Assembly (NCBI GenBank): GCA_963716175.1
Contig: OY970296.1
Span: 3,296,001 to 3,360,000 of the forward strand
DNA: 64,000 nucleotides
Origin: an uncultured Armatimonadetes bacterium
GTDB lineage: Bacteria; Armatimonadota; Hebobacteria; Hebobacterales; Hebobacteraceae
Direction: 5' to 3'
The notes under the pieces were generated by a model. That model did no database searches. It saw only the letters and a program-made list of their open reading frames with translations, and was not told the origin of the DNA. Positions within the stretch are counted from its first letter, which is position 1. Every line of letters starts with the position of its first letter. Shown here piece after piece: positions 49,522 through 59,564 of this stretch. The translations under genes were made by a program, and so were the position numbers.

Positions 49522-50418
49522 ATGACCAACAGAAGCTGGTTGCTTGCCGTGCTTGCCGTATGTTTGATCGCGCTTTGCAGTGAAGCTGGATTCGCCATCC
49601 CGTCCCTGGGCGGGCCGACGGGAATCGCCACCCTGCCCAACGCGGCCATCGCGCCCATGAAGGTGGTGGACACCGCCCTCACCTATCAGAAGGCCAGAGT
49701 GAGCAACCTGGTGGCCAGCTCGAGCATGTACGGCGGCCCCACCACGCTGGTGCGAAAGAGCGAGGATCTCAGAGTGTGGTCCTTGCAGGCCCTGACCGGG
49801 GTCACGGATGAGGCGGAACTCTGGGCAGCCTACTCCACGGTCAGGGATGCTACGGACTCGCACGTCTGGGGCATCGGCGGCAAGATGCTCCTACCCCGGC
49901 TCATCAGGCTGCCGGGGACCTCGCTGGCCGTCGGCGCCAGCTACCAAGACTGGGTGGGCGCGGTCGCGGAGGTGGGGGTCACCGGGGGCGGCCCGGCTCT
50001 CCTGGTGGCCGACCAGAAAGTAACGAAGGCCTATCTGGTCGCTACCAGGGACCTGAGCCAGCCCAAGGGCGAAACCCCGCGGTCGGGTCCGCGGCCCGGC
50101 ACTCACCTGCTTGGAAGCGCGGGTCTGCTCTACATGCGGGTGGCGCCAGGTATCGGTGACAGCGATACCGTGATCCGGCCCTTCTTCGGCCTGGAAATCA
50201 AGGGCGAGGACGGAGCCGAGCTTGGTCTCGAGTATCGCTGGAGAGATGACCATGTTGATAGCAAGGCCGTGACCTCTGCCTTCCTGCGCTATCGGTTCAG
50301 CTCTGAGTCCACCATCGAGATCGGCACCAGCAACGCCGGGCCCACGGGTACCGGCCTGGACGACCGCAAGCCGTTCATCCGGGTGGGCTACTCCATCCCC
50401 ATCGCCGCCCTGTACTAA
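49522..50418 (+). CDS. Outer-membrane beta-barrel-like protein, paralogue 3
   Basis: IPSLGGPTGI, AELWAAYS, VWGIGGK, KAYLVAT, GLEYRW, RVGYS shared with paralogues 1 and 2. Confidence 0.7.
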   Translation: MTNRSWLLAVLAVCLIALCSEAGFAIPSLGGPTGIATLPNAAIAPMKVVDTALTYQKARVSNLVASSSMYGGPTTLVRKSEDLRVWSLQALTGVTDEAELWAAYSTVRDATDSHVWGIGGKMLLPRLIRLPGTSLAVGASYQDWVGAVAEVGVTGGGPALLVADQKVTKAYLVATRDLSQPKGETPRSGPRPGTHLLGSAGLLYMRVAPGIGDSDTVIRPFFGLEIKGEDGAELGLEYRWRDDHVDSKAVTSAFLRYRFSSESTIEIGTSNAGPTGTGLDDRKPFIRVGYSIPIAALY

Positions 50419-50518
50419 AGAGCTTCGCCGAATGGAGTAACACAGCGAAGCTCAAGAAGCGGCCCAGACAGACACAGGGGGATGTTCGCACATTGCTTCG
50501 TTGTGCGAACATCATTAG
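50415..50518 (+). mobile_element. Twin-palindrome element family B, copy 2 (104 bp)
   Basis: CTAA..GAGCTTCGC..GCGAAGCTC..GATGTTCGCACA..TGTGCGAACATC..TTAG; left end includes the stop codon of paralogue 3. Confidence 0.75.
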
Positions 50519-50661
50519 AAGACCGCTTGTGTCAGGATGACCAGGTCGGTGATGCCGATGACGAGGGACGGGGAAAGCCGTCCCTCGTTCGCGGTGGGGC
50601 CCATGCTGCCGGGCGCGGGATCTCGCGTTGAGGCAGCAGGACAATGGCGCGCCCATCGTGT

Positions 50662-50690
50662 TTGACACTCGCACCTCAGGGGCCTATAAT
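50662..50690 (+). promoter_or_regulatory. Sigma70-type promoter
   Basis: Perfect TTGACA-N17-TATAAT ending 32 nt before ATG 50723. Confidence 0.85.
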
Positions 50691-50722
50691 CGCGGCTGAC
50701 TCGCAGAGCAAGCGAGGGAGGC

Positions 50723-51739
50723 ATGGCTGACGGGACCACACGGGGCTTTCAACTATCGCCCGTGGATCTGACCGACCTGTACCCACGACTTGGTGACCTC
50801 CTGGCCCGGGTGGAGGTGAAGACTGAGCGCGTCTGGGCGCAGGAGCCGGGCTTCCTCGCCGACGCTGCTCGCGATCTGCTCTCAGGGAGAGGCAAGCGCC
50901 TGCGGCCCACCCTGTTGCTGCTCGCCGCGGAATGCGCCGGCGGCGCCACCGACAGCAGCATTGCTATAGCCAGCATGATCGAGGTGGTGCACGCCGCTTC
51001 GCTGGTCCACGACGATGTGATAGATGACGCCCCCTCCCGCCGCGGGCGCCGCTCGGCGAAGGTGGTCTGGGGGAACAAGGTCTCGGTGCTGCTGGGCGAT
51101 TACCTGATCGCCCGCGCCTTCAGCTTGCTCGAGCGCGAGGACAGCCACTGCCTGATCGGGCCTCTCTGCGATGTCGCCGCCCGCATGTGCGGCGGACAGG
51201 TGGGCGAGCTCCGGGCCGCGGGCCGGCGCGCGACCGAGCCCCAGTACCTGGAGATTGTACGAGACAAGACCGCCAGCCTCTTCGGCTTCTGCGGGCAGGC
51301 CGGGGTGCAGACCGCGCAGGGGCCGCCGGCGCTGGCTCGGGCCCTGGGTCTGTTCGGTGAGAGCTTCGGGGTGGCGTTCCAGGTGGCCGACGACATCCTC
51401 GACCTGGTGGGCAGCAACGGGCGCTCCGGAAAGCCCGAGGGGCGAGACCTGGCGGAGCGGAAGTGGACCCTGCCCCTGATCCGCGCCTACGAGCGCGGCA
51501 CGGAGGAAGAGCGCGCCCGGCTGGGGGAGCTGCTGGGGGCCGACCAGGTTTCGGCCCGGGAGGTGGAGCTGGTGAGGGAGATGGCCCGCGCCGCCGGGGC
51601 CATTGACTACGCCTGGCATCGGGTGGAAGACTGGCTGCGGAAGGCGCGAGAGCAGCTTGCTCTGGTCCCGGACAGCGGAGCCAAGCAAGCGCTGCTGGTG
51701 CTGGCGGGAGAGCGCTTTCCGCTGCCGGTCATGACCTGA
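50723..51739 (+). CDS. Polyprenyl diphosphate synthase
   Basis: GKRLRP, SLVHDDVID, RRG, GDYL, KTASL, FQVADDILD. Confidence 0.93.
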   Translation: MADGTTRGFQLSPVDLTDLYPRLGDLLARVEVKTERVWAQEPGFLADAARDLLSGRGKRLRPTLLLLAAECAGGATDSSIAIASMIEVVHAASLVHDDVIDDAPSRRGRRSAKVVWGNKVSVLLGDYLIARAFSLLEREDSHCLIGPLCDVAARMCGGQVGELRAAGRRATEPQYLEIVRDKTASLFGFCGQAGVQTAQGPPALARALGLFGESFGVAFQVADDILDLVGSNGRSGKPEGRDLAERKWTLPLIRAYERGTEEERARLGELLGADQVSAREVELVREMARAAGAIDYAWHRVEDWLRKAREQLALVPDSGAKQALLVLAGERFPLPVMT

Positions 51740-51744
51740 ACGGA

Positions 51745-52919
51745 ATGAGATTCGCGCCTCTCATGCTGCTCGCGGCGGCGCTGCTGACGGCGTCGCCGCG
51801 ATTTGCCGGCCCCGCGGCGGCCGGAGTCGGCGGCGAATTCGCCGACCTGGAGCAGCGCATCCGTGAGCAGCCCCTCGACGCCGATGCTCGCAGAGAGCTG
51901 GCCGAGGCCTACGCCGAGCGGGGCTTCGTGGAGGAGGCGGTCGCGGCATACCTGGCCTTGCTGGCGCAAGACCGCGAGGACGCGCAAGCTCGGGACCGGG
52001 TGCGGGAGCTGGTGGCGGAGCGCGTGCCGGAATGGCTGCCGGCTCAGGCCAGTGAGCTGGCCCCCTTCCCTCATGCCCTTTTCGAGCTGAAGCTGGCCGA
52101 CCCGGCCGGGACCGGCGGAACGACCGGCTACCGCGTGCTCCGGACCGTTCAGGGCTTCATCTCGGCGGGCGACCGGGAGCGGCGCGATCCGCTGCATAAG
52201 TGGCCATTCCCCTCCAGCGACCACGCCTACCTCTGGAACCCGAAGACTTCCCGCTGGGTGCTCAAGGCGCACGCCTATCGCGGTCCTCAGGTCAACCCGT
52301 CTCTGGCCGACGGCGCGCTGGTCGCCCTGATGTGCTTCTACTGCGTGGCGCGGGAGTACCTCCAGCGCGATCCCACCGCGCCCCAGGGGCAGCCCATCAA
52401 CCTGTGGTTAGCTGCAGATGGACAGCCCGGCGCGCGGGCCGTCGGCAGGGATCTCTACCTCTACGCGGTGGAAGTGGAACGCGCCCCGCGGAATGGCTGC
52501 GGGAGATCGCGCACGAATACGGGCACACGTCCCTCGCCGGGATCGGCGGGTTCACCGGCACTGATGACCCCTGGGCAGATGGCGAACTCGGCGAGCTGCT
52601 GTTCATCAAGTGGCTGGCGGCGAACGGGGCAGGCTCGTCGGCGGCGCTGCCCTGGTCGGCCGAGGAGGCCGAGAAGATCGCGCGCCCGCGGCGCCAGCTT
52701 CTGATCGCAGCAGCGCGAGGCAAACCCGACTGGGCGCGCCTGAAGGGTGCTGACCTGAACGCGCGCGACTACTTTCTGGGCCTCGCCCTGCGGATGGAGG
52801 AGACTGCCGGCCCGCGCTTTCTGGCCGAGGCCCTCGCCCGCTGCCCGCGGGGAACCGCGGCCTGCTTCGTCAGCGCGGCCGACGCGCTGGCGAAGGAGCG
52901 CAAACTCGCCCTCTGGTGA
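51745..52919 (+). CDS. Exported TPR-containing hypothetical protein with HExxH (frameshift near 52490)
   Basis: Signal peptide and TPR in ORF 51745; continues as EWLREIAHEYGH in ORF 52200..52919. Confidence 0.6.
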
Positions 52920-52941
52920 GGCCTGGCGGCAGGGCCTCCGT

Positions 52942-53856
52942 TCAGTACCTGCAGCTCACAGACAGGAAGGTCAGGTCGTTCGCCGACCTCACGGTAGTGC
53001 CGGGGATGAGCACCTCTCCGTGGCCGACGCTGAGCTGCGCCAGATCCACCGACCAATCTCCCATCCGGTAGCCGATGCCATAGCTGAGATTTCCCGCGGC
53101 GGAGCCAAGGCGCAGGGCGAAGCCGTTGTCGAAGCGATACTCGGCCCCCGCCATGGTCTGCTGCTGTCGCCGCCCATCCCCGGCGATCCCGAACAGGTCC
53201 AGCGCGACAGTGCAACGGCCCGCCTCGTACGCCGCGCCCACTGTGCCCGTGGCGACGGTATGCCCCCCGGTCACGAGCAGATTGTCCCACTTGAGGCCGA
53301 GGGCGAGGTTCTGCTGGCGATGGTAGAGCAAGCCCAATCCGAGCAGGCTCGCATCCATGGCGCGGGTGGATTCCGCCGCCGCGCCCCACGTCCACCTGCT
53401 GCCCGGCGCGCACCGTCGGGCAAAGCCGCAGCGAAGGCTCTCGGTGTCGGGCACTCGCTCCGGGCTGGGCAGGGGAGCGGGATACGGCGCGTTCGCCTGG
53501 GCATCTTCGGGCTCGGGGCTGGCCGGCGCGATGGGCCACTTGGTGGGGCTCCCATCGGCCTCGGGCGCGTCGTACATCTCCAGCGCGGCCACCATGTCGG
53601 CGTCGAGGTAGCCGATGATGACCTCCTGCTTCTCCGCCCACATCGCTCCTGCCGGGTTGCAGAGCGTCTGATCTCTGGCTCCGGATAGAGCCGCGCAGGC
53701 GCCTCCCATGCCCCAGACGCGCGCATTGAGGGGGCGATCGCTGGTGAGCACGTTCGGGGGGAGCGGGGCGTCGGCTCGGGCCAGGGCGGCCCACATGGCG
53801 AGCAGCGCAAGCGTGGATGCAGCAACGACAGCGATACTCCGGGGACGACCCAACAT
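52942..53856 (-). CDS. PorV/FadL-like outer-membrane barrel protein
   Basis: Signal peptide; ARVWGMGGA...NPAG; GAEY..LRLG..SYGIG; aromatic C-terminus. Confidence 0.62.
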   Translation of the reverse strand: MLGRPRSIAVVAASTLALLAMWAALARADAPLPPNVLTSDRPLNARVWGMGGACAALSGARDQTLCNPAGAMWAEKQEVIIGYLDADMVAALEMYDAPEADGSPTKWPIAPASPEPEDAQANAPYPAPLPSPERVPDTESLRCGFARRCAPGSRWTWGAAAESTRAMDASLLGLGLLYHRQQNLALGLKWDNLLVTGGHTVATGTVGAAYEAGRCTVALDLFGIAGDGRRQQQTMAGAEYRFDNGFALRLGSAAGNLSYGIGYRMGDWSVDLAQLSVGHGEVLIPGTTVRSANDLTFLSVSCRY

Positions 53857-54368
53857 CACATGCCTCCTTAGAGAGCCTGCCACCGGGCTGCATCAGAGCC
53901 AACGCGGCTGCGCCGGCAAAGGCTTGCAGGGCTCTGATAGAGCTCGTGTGGGGCGGGAACAGAAATGGGCACGCCGCTCACGACCGGCTAGCGTGCCCTC
54001 TCACTCCCTACCTGTTCAGGCGCCCCGGAGTCTGGTGCTACGCAGCGAAGTCTCGCCACTTCGCAGAGTAGCAAAGGGCGATGATAAGTTGACGAGCACA
54101 GGCGCGGCCAGCGCCGCTCATCTACCTGCTATCCCCGGCCATCGTCTCCTTTTCGCACGGGTGGTAGAAAGGCGGGACTCTGGTATCATTATCACTGTTC
54201 TCGTGCCGCTCGTTGCCTCCTCTCTCGCGTGCCGGTCTGGCCACGGCGAGATTCACCGCGGAGGCGCAAAGGACGCGGAGAGTGCGAGTGGGGGTGCTGT
54301 AGGGCGGGGGGGCTACTAGGTGGACGTGGCAACGTGGTATGATGGCGATGGGCTGAGAGGAGGACAGA

Positions 54369-54578
54369 GTGCTCAAGATCGAGGCCTACCACGATGGTGA
54401 GAAATGGTGCGCTCGCGGCATCGGCGCGGATATCTTCACCCAAGGCGACACCCTCGATGAGCTGATAGCCAACATCAAGGAGGCAGTGGCCCTGCACTTC
54501 GAAGACCAGGCGGAAGTGCCAGACGTGCTTGTGCTGTCAGAGGTCAAGGTGCCGCATGCCAAGGCTGCCGCAGGCTAG
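54369..54578 (+). CDS. hicB: HicB-family antitoxin (short)
   Basis: TQGDTLDELIANIKEAVALHFE. Confidence 0.82.
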   Translation: MLKIEAYHDGEKWCARGIGADIFTQGDTLDELIANIKEAVALHFEDQAEVPDVLVLSEVKVPHAKAAAG

Positions 54579-54798
54579 CGGGCAGGCACTGGTACGCCTG
54601 CTCAGGTCGCTCGGATACCAGGTCCTTCGACAGCGCGGCAGCCACGTACACCTCACGAGGGCCACGCCTGTCGGGGACCACCGGATCACTGTGCCGATGC
54701 ACCGCAACGTAGCCAAAGGCACTCTGCATGATATCCTGTCGCAGGTCAGCCTCCGTACCGGCGTGTCCATGGAAGAGCTCGTCCGCCGACTTGGGTAG
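54556..54798 (+). CDS. hicA: HicA-family toxin
   Basis: LGY..RQRGSH..ITVPMH..KGTL..IL. Confidence 0.88.
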   Translation: MPRLPQASGQALVRLLRSLGYQVLRQRGSHVHLTRATPVGDHRITVPMHRNVAKGTLHDILSQVSLRTGVSMEELVRRLG

Positions 54799-54974
54799 GG
54801 GCTGCGATTCGTAAGGCAGCAGCAAGTCTCCTGCCCTGATGCAGCGCGTACGCCCGCCCTACAGTTGCCATCCGCGCTCATCTGTGTTCATCTGCGGTTG
54901 GATTGCGGTGTCTTTGCGCTCGGCCTCTCTCCTATGTTAGAATACGCCCCACCAAGTTCCGGAGGTATGCGACG

Positions 54975-56052
54975 GTGCTGAAGATCGCGGTGATTCCCGG
55001 TGATGGCATTGGGCCGGAGGTGGCGCGGGAGGGGTTGAAGGTGCTGGAGGCGGTGGCGGGGCCCACCGGGCTGAAGTACGACGCTCACCGAATACGATTA
55101 CGGCGGCGACCGCTACCTGCGCACCGGCGAGGTGCTGCCCGCGGGCGCGCTGGAGGAGCTGCGCCAGTTCGACGCCATCTACCTGGGCGCGGTGGGGCAC
55201 CCCGAGGTGAAGGCCGGCATCCTCGAGAAGGGGCTGCTGCTGGCGATCCGCTTCGGCCTCGACCAGTACGTCAACCTCCGCCCGATCAAGCTCTATCCCG
55301 GTGTCTGGACGCCGATCAAGGACAAAGGCCCGGCCGAGATTGACTTCGTGGTGGTGCGCGAGAACACCGAGGATATGTACATCGGCACTGGCGGCTTCAT
55401 GCACTACGGCACCAAGGACGAGGTGGCGATCCAGGTGGCCTCCTATAGCTATAAGGGCACGGAGCGCATCATCCGCTATGCCTTCGAGCTGACCCGGGCG
55501 CGCAATAGGGCGAAGAAGCCCACCACACGGCCGGCGGGCAAGCTGACTCTGTGCGACAAGTCGAATGTGCTCACCTTTGGGCACGATCTCTGGCAGCGGG
55601 TGTTCAGAGAAGTGGGCGAGGACTATCCCGATGTGACCAAGGACCACGCCTATGTTGACGCCACCTGCATGTGGATGGTGAAGAACCCGGAGTGGTTCGA
55701 TGTGATCGTCACCACCAACATGTTCGGGGACATCATCACCGACCTGGGGGCGATGATCCAGGGCGGGATGGGGGTGGCCGCCTCCGGCAACATCAATCCG
55801 GAGGGGGTCTCGATGTTCGAGCCCATCCACGGGTCCGCGCCTAAGTACGCCGGCACCAATAAGGCGAATCCGCTGGCCGCGATCTGCGCCATCGGCATGC
55901 TGCTGGAGCACACCGGCCACGAGCAGGCCGCGGCGCGCATCGAGAAGGCGATCTCCGATACCCTGGCCGCGGGCAAGATCCCGGACCTGTCGGCCGGAAA
56001 ATGCCCGCCGACGAGCGAGATCGGGGACATGATCGCGGGCGCGGTGGCGTAG
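54975..56052 (+). CDS. leuB: 3-isopropylmalate dehydrogenase family enzyme (frameshift near 55085)
   Basis: [46 protein letters not shown]; substrate not certain within this beta-decarboxylating family. Confidence 0.78.
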
Positions 56053-56249
56053 GGGCGATGATCACCGCAGAGGCGCAGAGAGCGCAGAGGGGCGGCTGCT
56101 TGGCCAGGCCTGCCCAAATCTTCTCCGGCTCTTCATACTTATTTCACAGCAGGGCCACATAATGTCCTATGGAGAATCGCATCTCCCACACCGGACGGGC
56201 GGCGCGCGAGGGCGGATAGCGGCGGGTGTGACCCGCCGGAGGCGGGCAA

Positions 56250-57317
56250 GTGCTATCAGTGCAGTTCGGCAAGCAGCTTCGGGAGTTCGAGCTCGAGATC
56301 GGGTTCGAGGTGCGGCCCGCCGAGACCCTGGTCGTGATCGGGCCCAGCGGCTGCGGCAAGACCACCACACTCAATGTCATCGCCGGCCTGGTGGAGCCGG
56401 ATGAGGGCCGCATCGCCCTGTCAGATCGCGTGCTCTGGGATCGAGAGGCCGGGGTTGACGTGCCGACCGAGGGCCGCAATGTCGGGTATGTGTTCCAGGA
56501 TTTCGCGCTCTTCCCCCATATGTCGGTGAGCGAGAATGTGGCCTACGGGCTGCGTGCTCGCAAGGCCCCCAGGGACAGTATCAAGGCGCGGGTGAGCGAG
56601 GCCCTGGCTTTGCTGGGCATAGAGCACCTGCGGGAGCGGCGGCCGGGGGCCCTTTCCGGGGGCGAGCGGCAGCGAGTGGCGCTGGCGCGCGCCATCGCCT
56701 GCCAGGCCGGGATCTTGCTGCTGGACGAGCCCCTGGGATCACTCGACGCCCAGACCCGCAATCAGGTGCGGGGGGAGCTGCAGCGGATGCTGCGCCTGGT
56801 GCGCCGGATCGTGATCATGGTGACCCATGATTACATTGATGCTCTCACCTTCGGCGATCAGATTTGCGTGCTGGACCGGGGGCGGATCCTCCAGATCGGC
56901 AACCGGAGCCAACTGCTGCGCCACCCGAAGTCGCGATTTGTCGCGGAGCTGACCGGGGTCAACTTCTTCGAGGGCGAGATCACCGCCCTGCCGCCCGAGG
57001 GGGCGGCCGAGATCACGGTGAACGGGGCCCAGCTCTACGCGGTCTCCGGTCAGCAGGAGACCGGCCACACGCTGGTGGCGTTCTTCCCGAGCGATGTCGC
57101 GATCAGCCGCGAGGCCCCGGACTCCTCCGCGCGGAATGTCTTCCAGACCGAAATCAGAGAGATCGTCCACCTCGGGGACAAGGTGCGGCTGTCGTTGAAC
57201 GGGGCCTTGCCCATGTGCGCCGAGATCACCGCCGGGTCGCTGGACCGGATGGGGCTGAGGGAAGGCGACGCAGTCTACGCCTCGCTGAAGGCGACGGCGA
57301 TCAAGACCTATCGCTGA
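56250..57317 (+). CDS. Molybdate/tungstate ABC ATPase with TOBE domain
   Basis: GPSGCGKT, LSGGERQR, LLDEP, C-terminal ASLKATAI. Confidence 0.88.
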   Translation: MLSVQFGKQLREFELEIGFEVRPAETLVVIGPSGCGKTTTLNVIAGLVEPDEGRIALSDRVLWDREAGVDVPTEGRNVGYVFQDFALFPHMSVSENVAYGLRARKAPRDSIKARVSEALALLGIEHLRERRPGALSGGERQRVALARAIACQAGILLLDEPLGSLDAQTRNQVRGELQRMLRLVRRIVIMVTHDYIDALTFGDQICVLDRGRILQIGNRSQLLRHPKSRFVAELTGVNFFEGEITALPPEGAAEITVNGAQLYAVSGQQETGHTLVAFFPSDVAISREAPDSSARNVFQTEIREIVHLGDKVRLSLNGALPMCAEITAGSLDRMGLREGDAVYASLKATAIKTYR

Positions 57318-57332
57318 GCACGGAGTCGTGGT

Positions 57333-58149
57333 GTGATGGGAACGCGCAGGATCATCGTCATCACTCTGATCTGCATCGCCGTGGTAGCAGGCGTCTTGCT
57401 CTTCGCCTGGTCGGGTAACGCCAGGGACGAGATCAGGCTGCTGGCCCACGCCGGCGCTGGAATCCAGCCTCCGCTGGACGAGCTGGGGGCGATGTTCGCC
57501 AAGAGGACGGGCATCGGCGTGGACTACAGCTACAAAGGGTCGGGGTGCTTGCTGCCCGACATCGTGATCTCGCAGAAGGGCGATATCTACATCCCGGGCG
57601 AGCTGTTCTACATGCAGCAGGCGGTGGATCGCGGCCTCATCAGCAAGTACCGTCCCGTGGCCCAGATGAGCACGGTTGTGATCGCGCAGCACGGGAACCC
57701 GAAGAAGATCGCCGGCCTCAAGGACCTGGCGCGGCCGGGGCTGCGGGTTGGGCTGGGGGATGCCAAAGCCATCGCCATCGGGCGCGCCGCCAGGATGGTG
57801 CTCGAAGAGGGCCAAGCTGCGGGATCGGGTGGAAAAGAACGTGTGCATGTGCTGCATGAACGTGGTGGAGCTGGGCAATGCCGTGAAGCTGGGCCACCTG
57901 GATGCCGCGATCGTGTGGGACGGCACCGCCGCGCTCTACGGAGAGGCCATCACCACCATCCCCATCCCCGCGGCCTACCGGGAGACCAGCACTATCCCCG
58001 TGGGAGTGCTGAGAGTCTCCAAGCACCCCAGGGAGGCGGCGCAGTTCATGGACTTCCTGGCCAGCAAGGAAGCGGCGCCGATCTTCCGCAGGCACGGCTA
58101 CGCGGTCCCCGAGGGCGCCGCGAAGAAGGTCGCGGGCGGGAAGCTTTGA
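57333..58149 (+). CDS. modA: Molybdate/tungstate-binding protein (frameshift near 57808)
   Basis: GAGIQPP, YKGSG, GDIYIPG, GNPKKI, then DAAIVW, FMDFLAS in ORF 57748..58149. Confidence 0.78.
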
Positions 58150-59066
58150 GCGCGGTGGAGGCGGCGCGACCGCGAGGGAATCTCAATAACTCGCTGTTCG
58201 CGGCCCTGCTCGTGAGCGTGCTGATCGTTTTCCTGGCCGCTGTTGCCCTGGTGCTGCTGAGCAACGTCTGGTACCTGGCCGGGCCTCACCCCGCGGTAGG
58301 CAAGAGCGGCTGGCAGCTGTTCCTGGCCGGACTGCAGGACCCGGAGAACCTGTTCGCGATCAAGCTCAGCGTGCTCATGTCGGCGATCACCGCCCTCATC
58401 TCCATGCTGGTAGCAATCCCCGCCGCCTACTCGCTCTCCCGCTTCCGGGTAGTGGGCTCTTCCATTATTGACACTCTCCTGGACCTGCCCATCGTGGTCC
58501 CGCCCCCGGTGCTCGGGCTCAGCCTGCTGATGTTCTTCCAGACCGCGGCGGGCAGAGCGGTGAACGATCTCACACCCCAATGGTTTGTCGGCTCCATCAA
58601 CCTGGTGCTTTCTCACATTCTGGGGCAGCCCATCCGGGATGATCAGAACTGGGTGTACTCCACCCGCGGCATCGTGCTGGCACAGTTCTTCGTCGCCTGC
58701 TCTTTTGGCGTGCGGGCGGTGAAGGCCGCGTTCGACACCATCGGCACCAGGCACGAGGAGGTGGCGCGCACTCTGGGCTGCACCCGGCGCCAGGCCTTCT
58801 TCCGCGTGGTGCTGCCGATGGCCCGCACCGGGATCGTCGCCGGCGCGGTGATGACCTGGGCGCGGGCGGTGGCGGAGTTCGGGCCGGTGCTGTTCTTCTG
58901 CGGAGCCACGCGGCTGAAGACCGAGGTGCTGCCGATCGGAATGTTCCTGCTCTACTCGGCCGGCAAGCTAGAGCAGGCGGTGGTGCTGCTGCTGATCATG
59001 CTCATCATCTCCACCTTGACGCTGCTGACGTTCAAGAGACTCGGGGGCAAGGGTTATCTGTGGTGA
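58146..59066 (+). CDS. modB: Molybdate/tungstate ABC permease
   Basis: DLPIVVPPPVLGL, EEVARTLG (EAA loop), WARAVAEFG. Confidence 0.82.
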   Translation: MSAVEAARPRGNLNNSLFAALLVSVLIVFLAAVALVLLSNVWYLAGPHPAVGKSGWQLFLAGLQDPENLFAIKLSVLMSAITALISMLVAIPAAYSLSRFRVVGSSIIDTLLDLPIVVPPPVLGLSLLMFFQTAAGRAVNDLTPQWFVGSINLVLSHILGQPIRDDQNWVYSTRGIVLAQFFVACSFGVRAVKAAFDTIGTRHEEVARTLGCTRRQAFFRVVLPMARTGIVAGAVMTWARAVAEFGPVLFFCGATRLKTEVLPIGMFLLYSAGKLEQAVVLLLIMLIISTLTLLTFKRLGGKGYLW

Positions 59067-59099
59067 GCCGCGCTGATAAGACGCCGATAGACACAGCAA

Positions 59100-59155
59100 C
59101 TGTACGGCGGGCATTCCCATGCCCGCCAGGCGGGCGTAGGCACGCCCGCTCTACA
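59100..59155. repeat. REP doublet, GTAG type
   Basis: CTGTACGGCGGGCATTCCCATGCCCGCC followed by an inverted copy ending CTACA; related copies at 6817, 42599, 54297, 54853 and 62138. Confidence 0.65.
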
Positions 59156-59171
59156 CAGGAGGTTGGTCCGG

Positions 59172-59444
59172 ATGGTTAAGTTGAGGTTGTTTTCCAGTCT
59201 GCGTGAGATTGCAGGGTCGAAGGAGGTGGAAATCGAGGCCGACCGGCTCTCGGTCAGGCAGGCGCTCGAGCGGTTCGCGGAGCGCTTCGGAGAGCGAGCG
59301 AAAGAGTGCCTCTTTGATAAGCAGGGACAGCTCTTCCCCAGCGTGCTGCTGCTGGTGAACGGTGAGGCGGCCGAAGGCGGCCAGGAGACCCAGGTCAGGT
59401 CGGGGGACGTGGTCTCGGTGCTGCTGCCCACGGCCGGGGGGTAG
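59172..59444 (+). CDS. MoaD/ThiS-family ubiquitin-like sulfur carrier
   Basis: LVNG..GDVV..P..GG C-terminus. Confidence 0.88.
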   Translation: MVKLRLFSSLREIAGSKEVEIEADRLSVRQALERFAERFGERAKECLFDKQGQLFPSVLLLVNGEAAEGGQETQVRSGDVVSVLLPTAGG

Positions 59445-59564
59445 GGAGAGGACACAACTGCAGATGGAGGCAGATGAACGCAGATAGGGGAGCAAGGGAC
59501 AGAACCCCAGAGTCGGGCGGAAGGTCCGGCCCAACCTGGACGCGGCAGAACGGGGGCGACGGCC

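Noticed and set aside
46990-49740. MYG tripeptides as GFP-like chromophores
   Set aside because: The proteins look like membrane barrels with signal peptides; several copies lie in variable loops and one reads MYA; nothing supports a GFP fold.
57333-59066. Apparent ModA-ModB fusion (577-aa ORF)
   Set aside because: The ModA C-terminal half lies in another frame (57748..58149); the fusion results from a frameshift near 57808.
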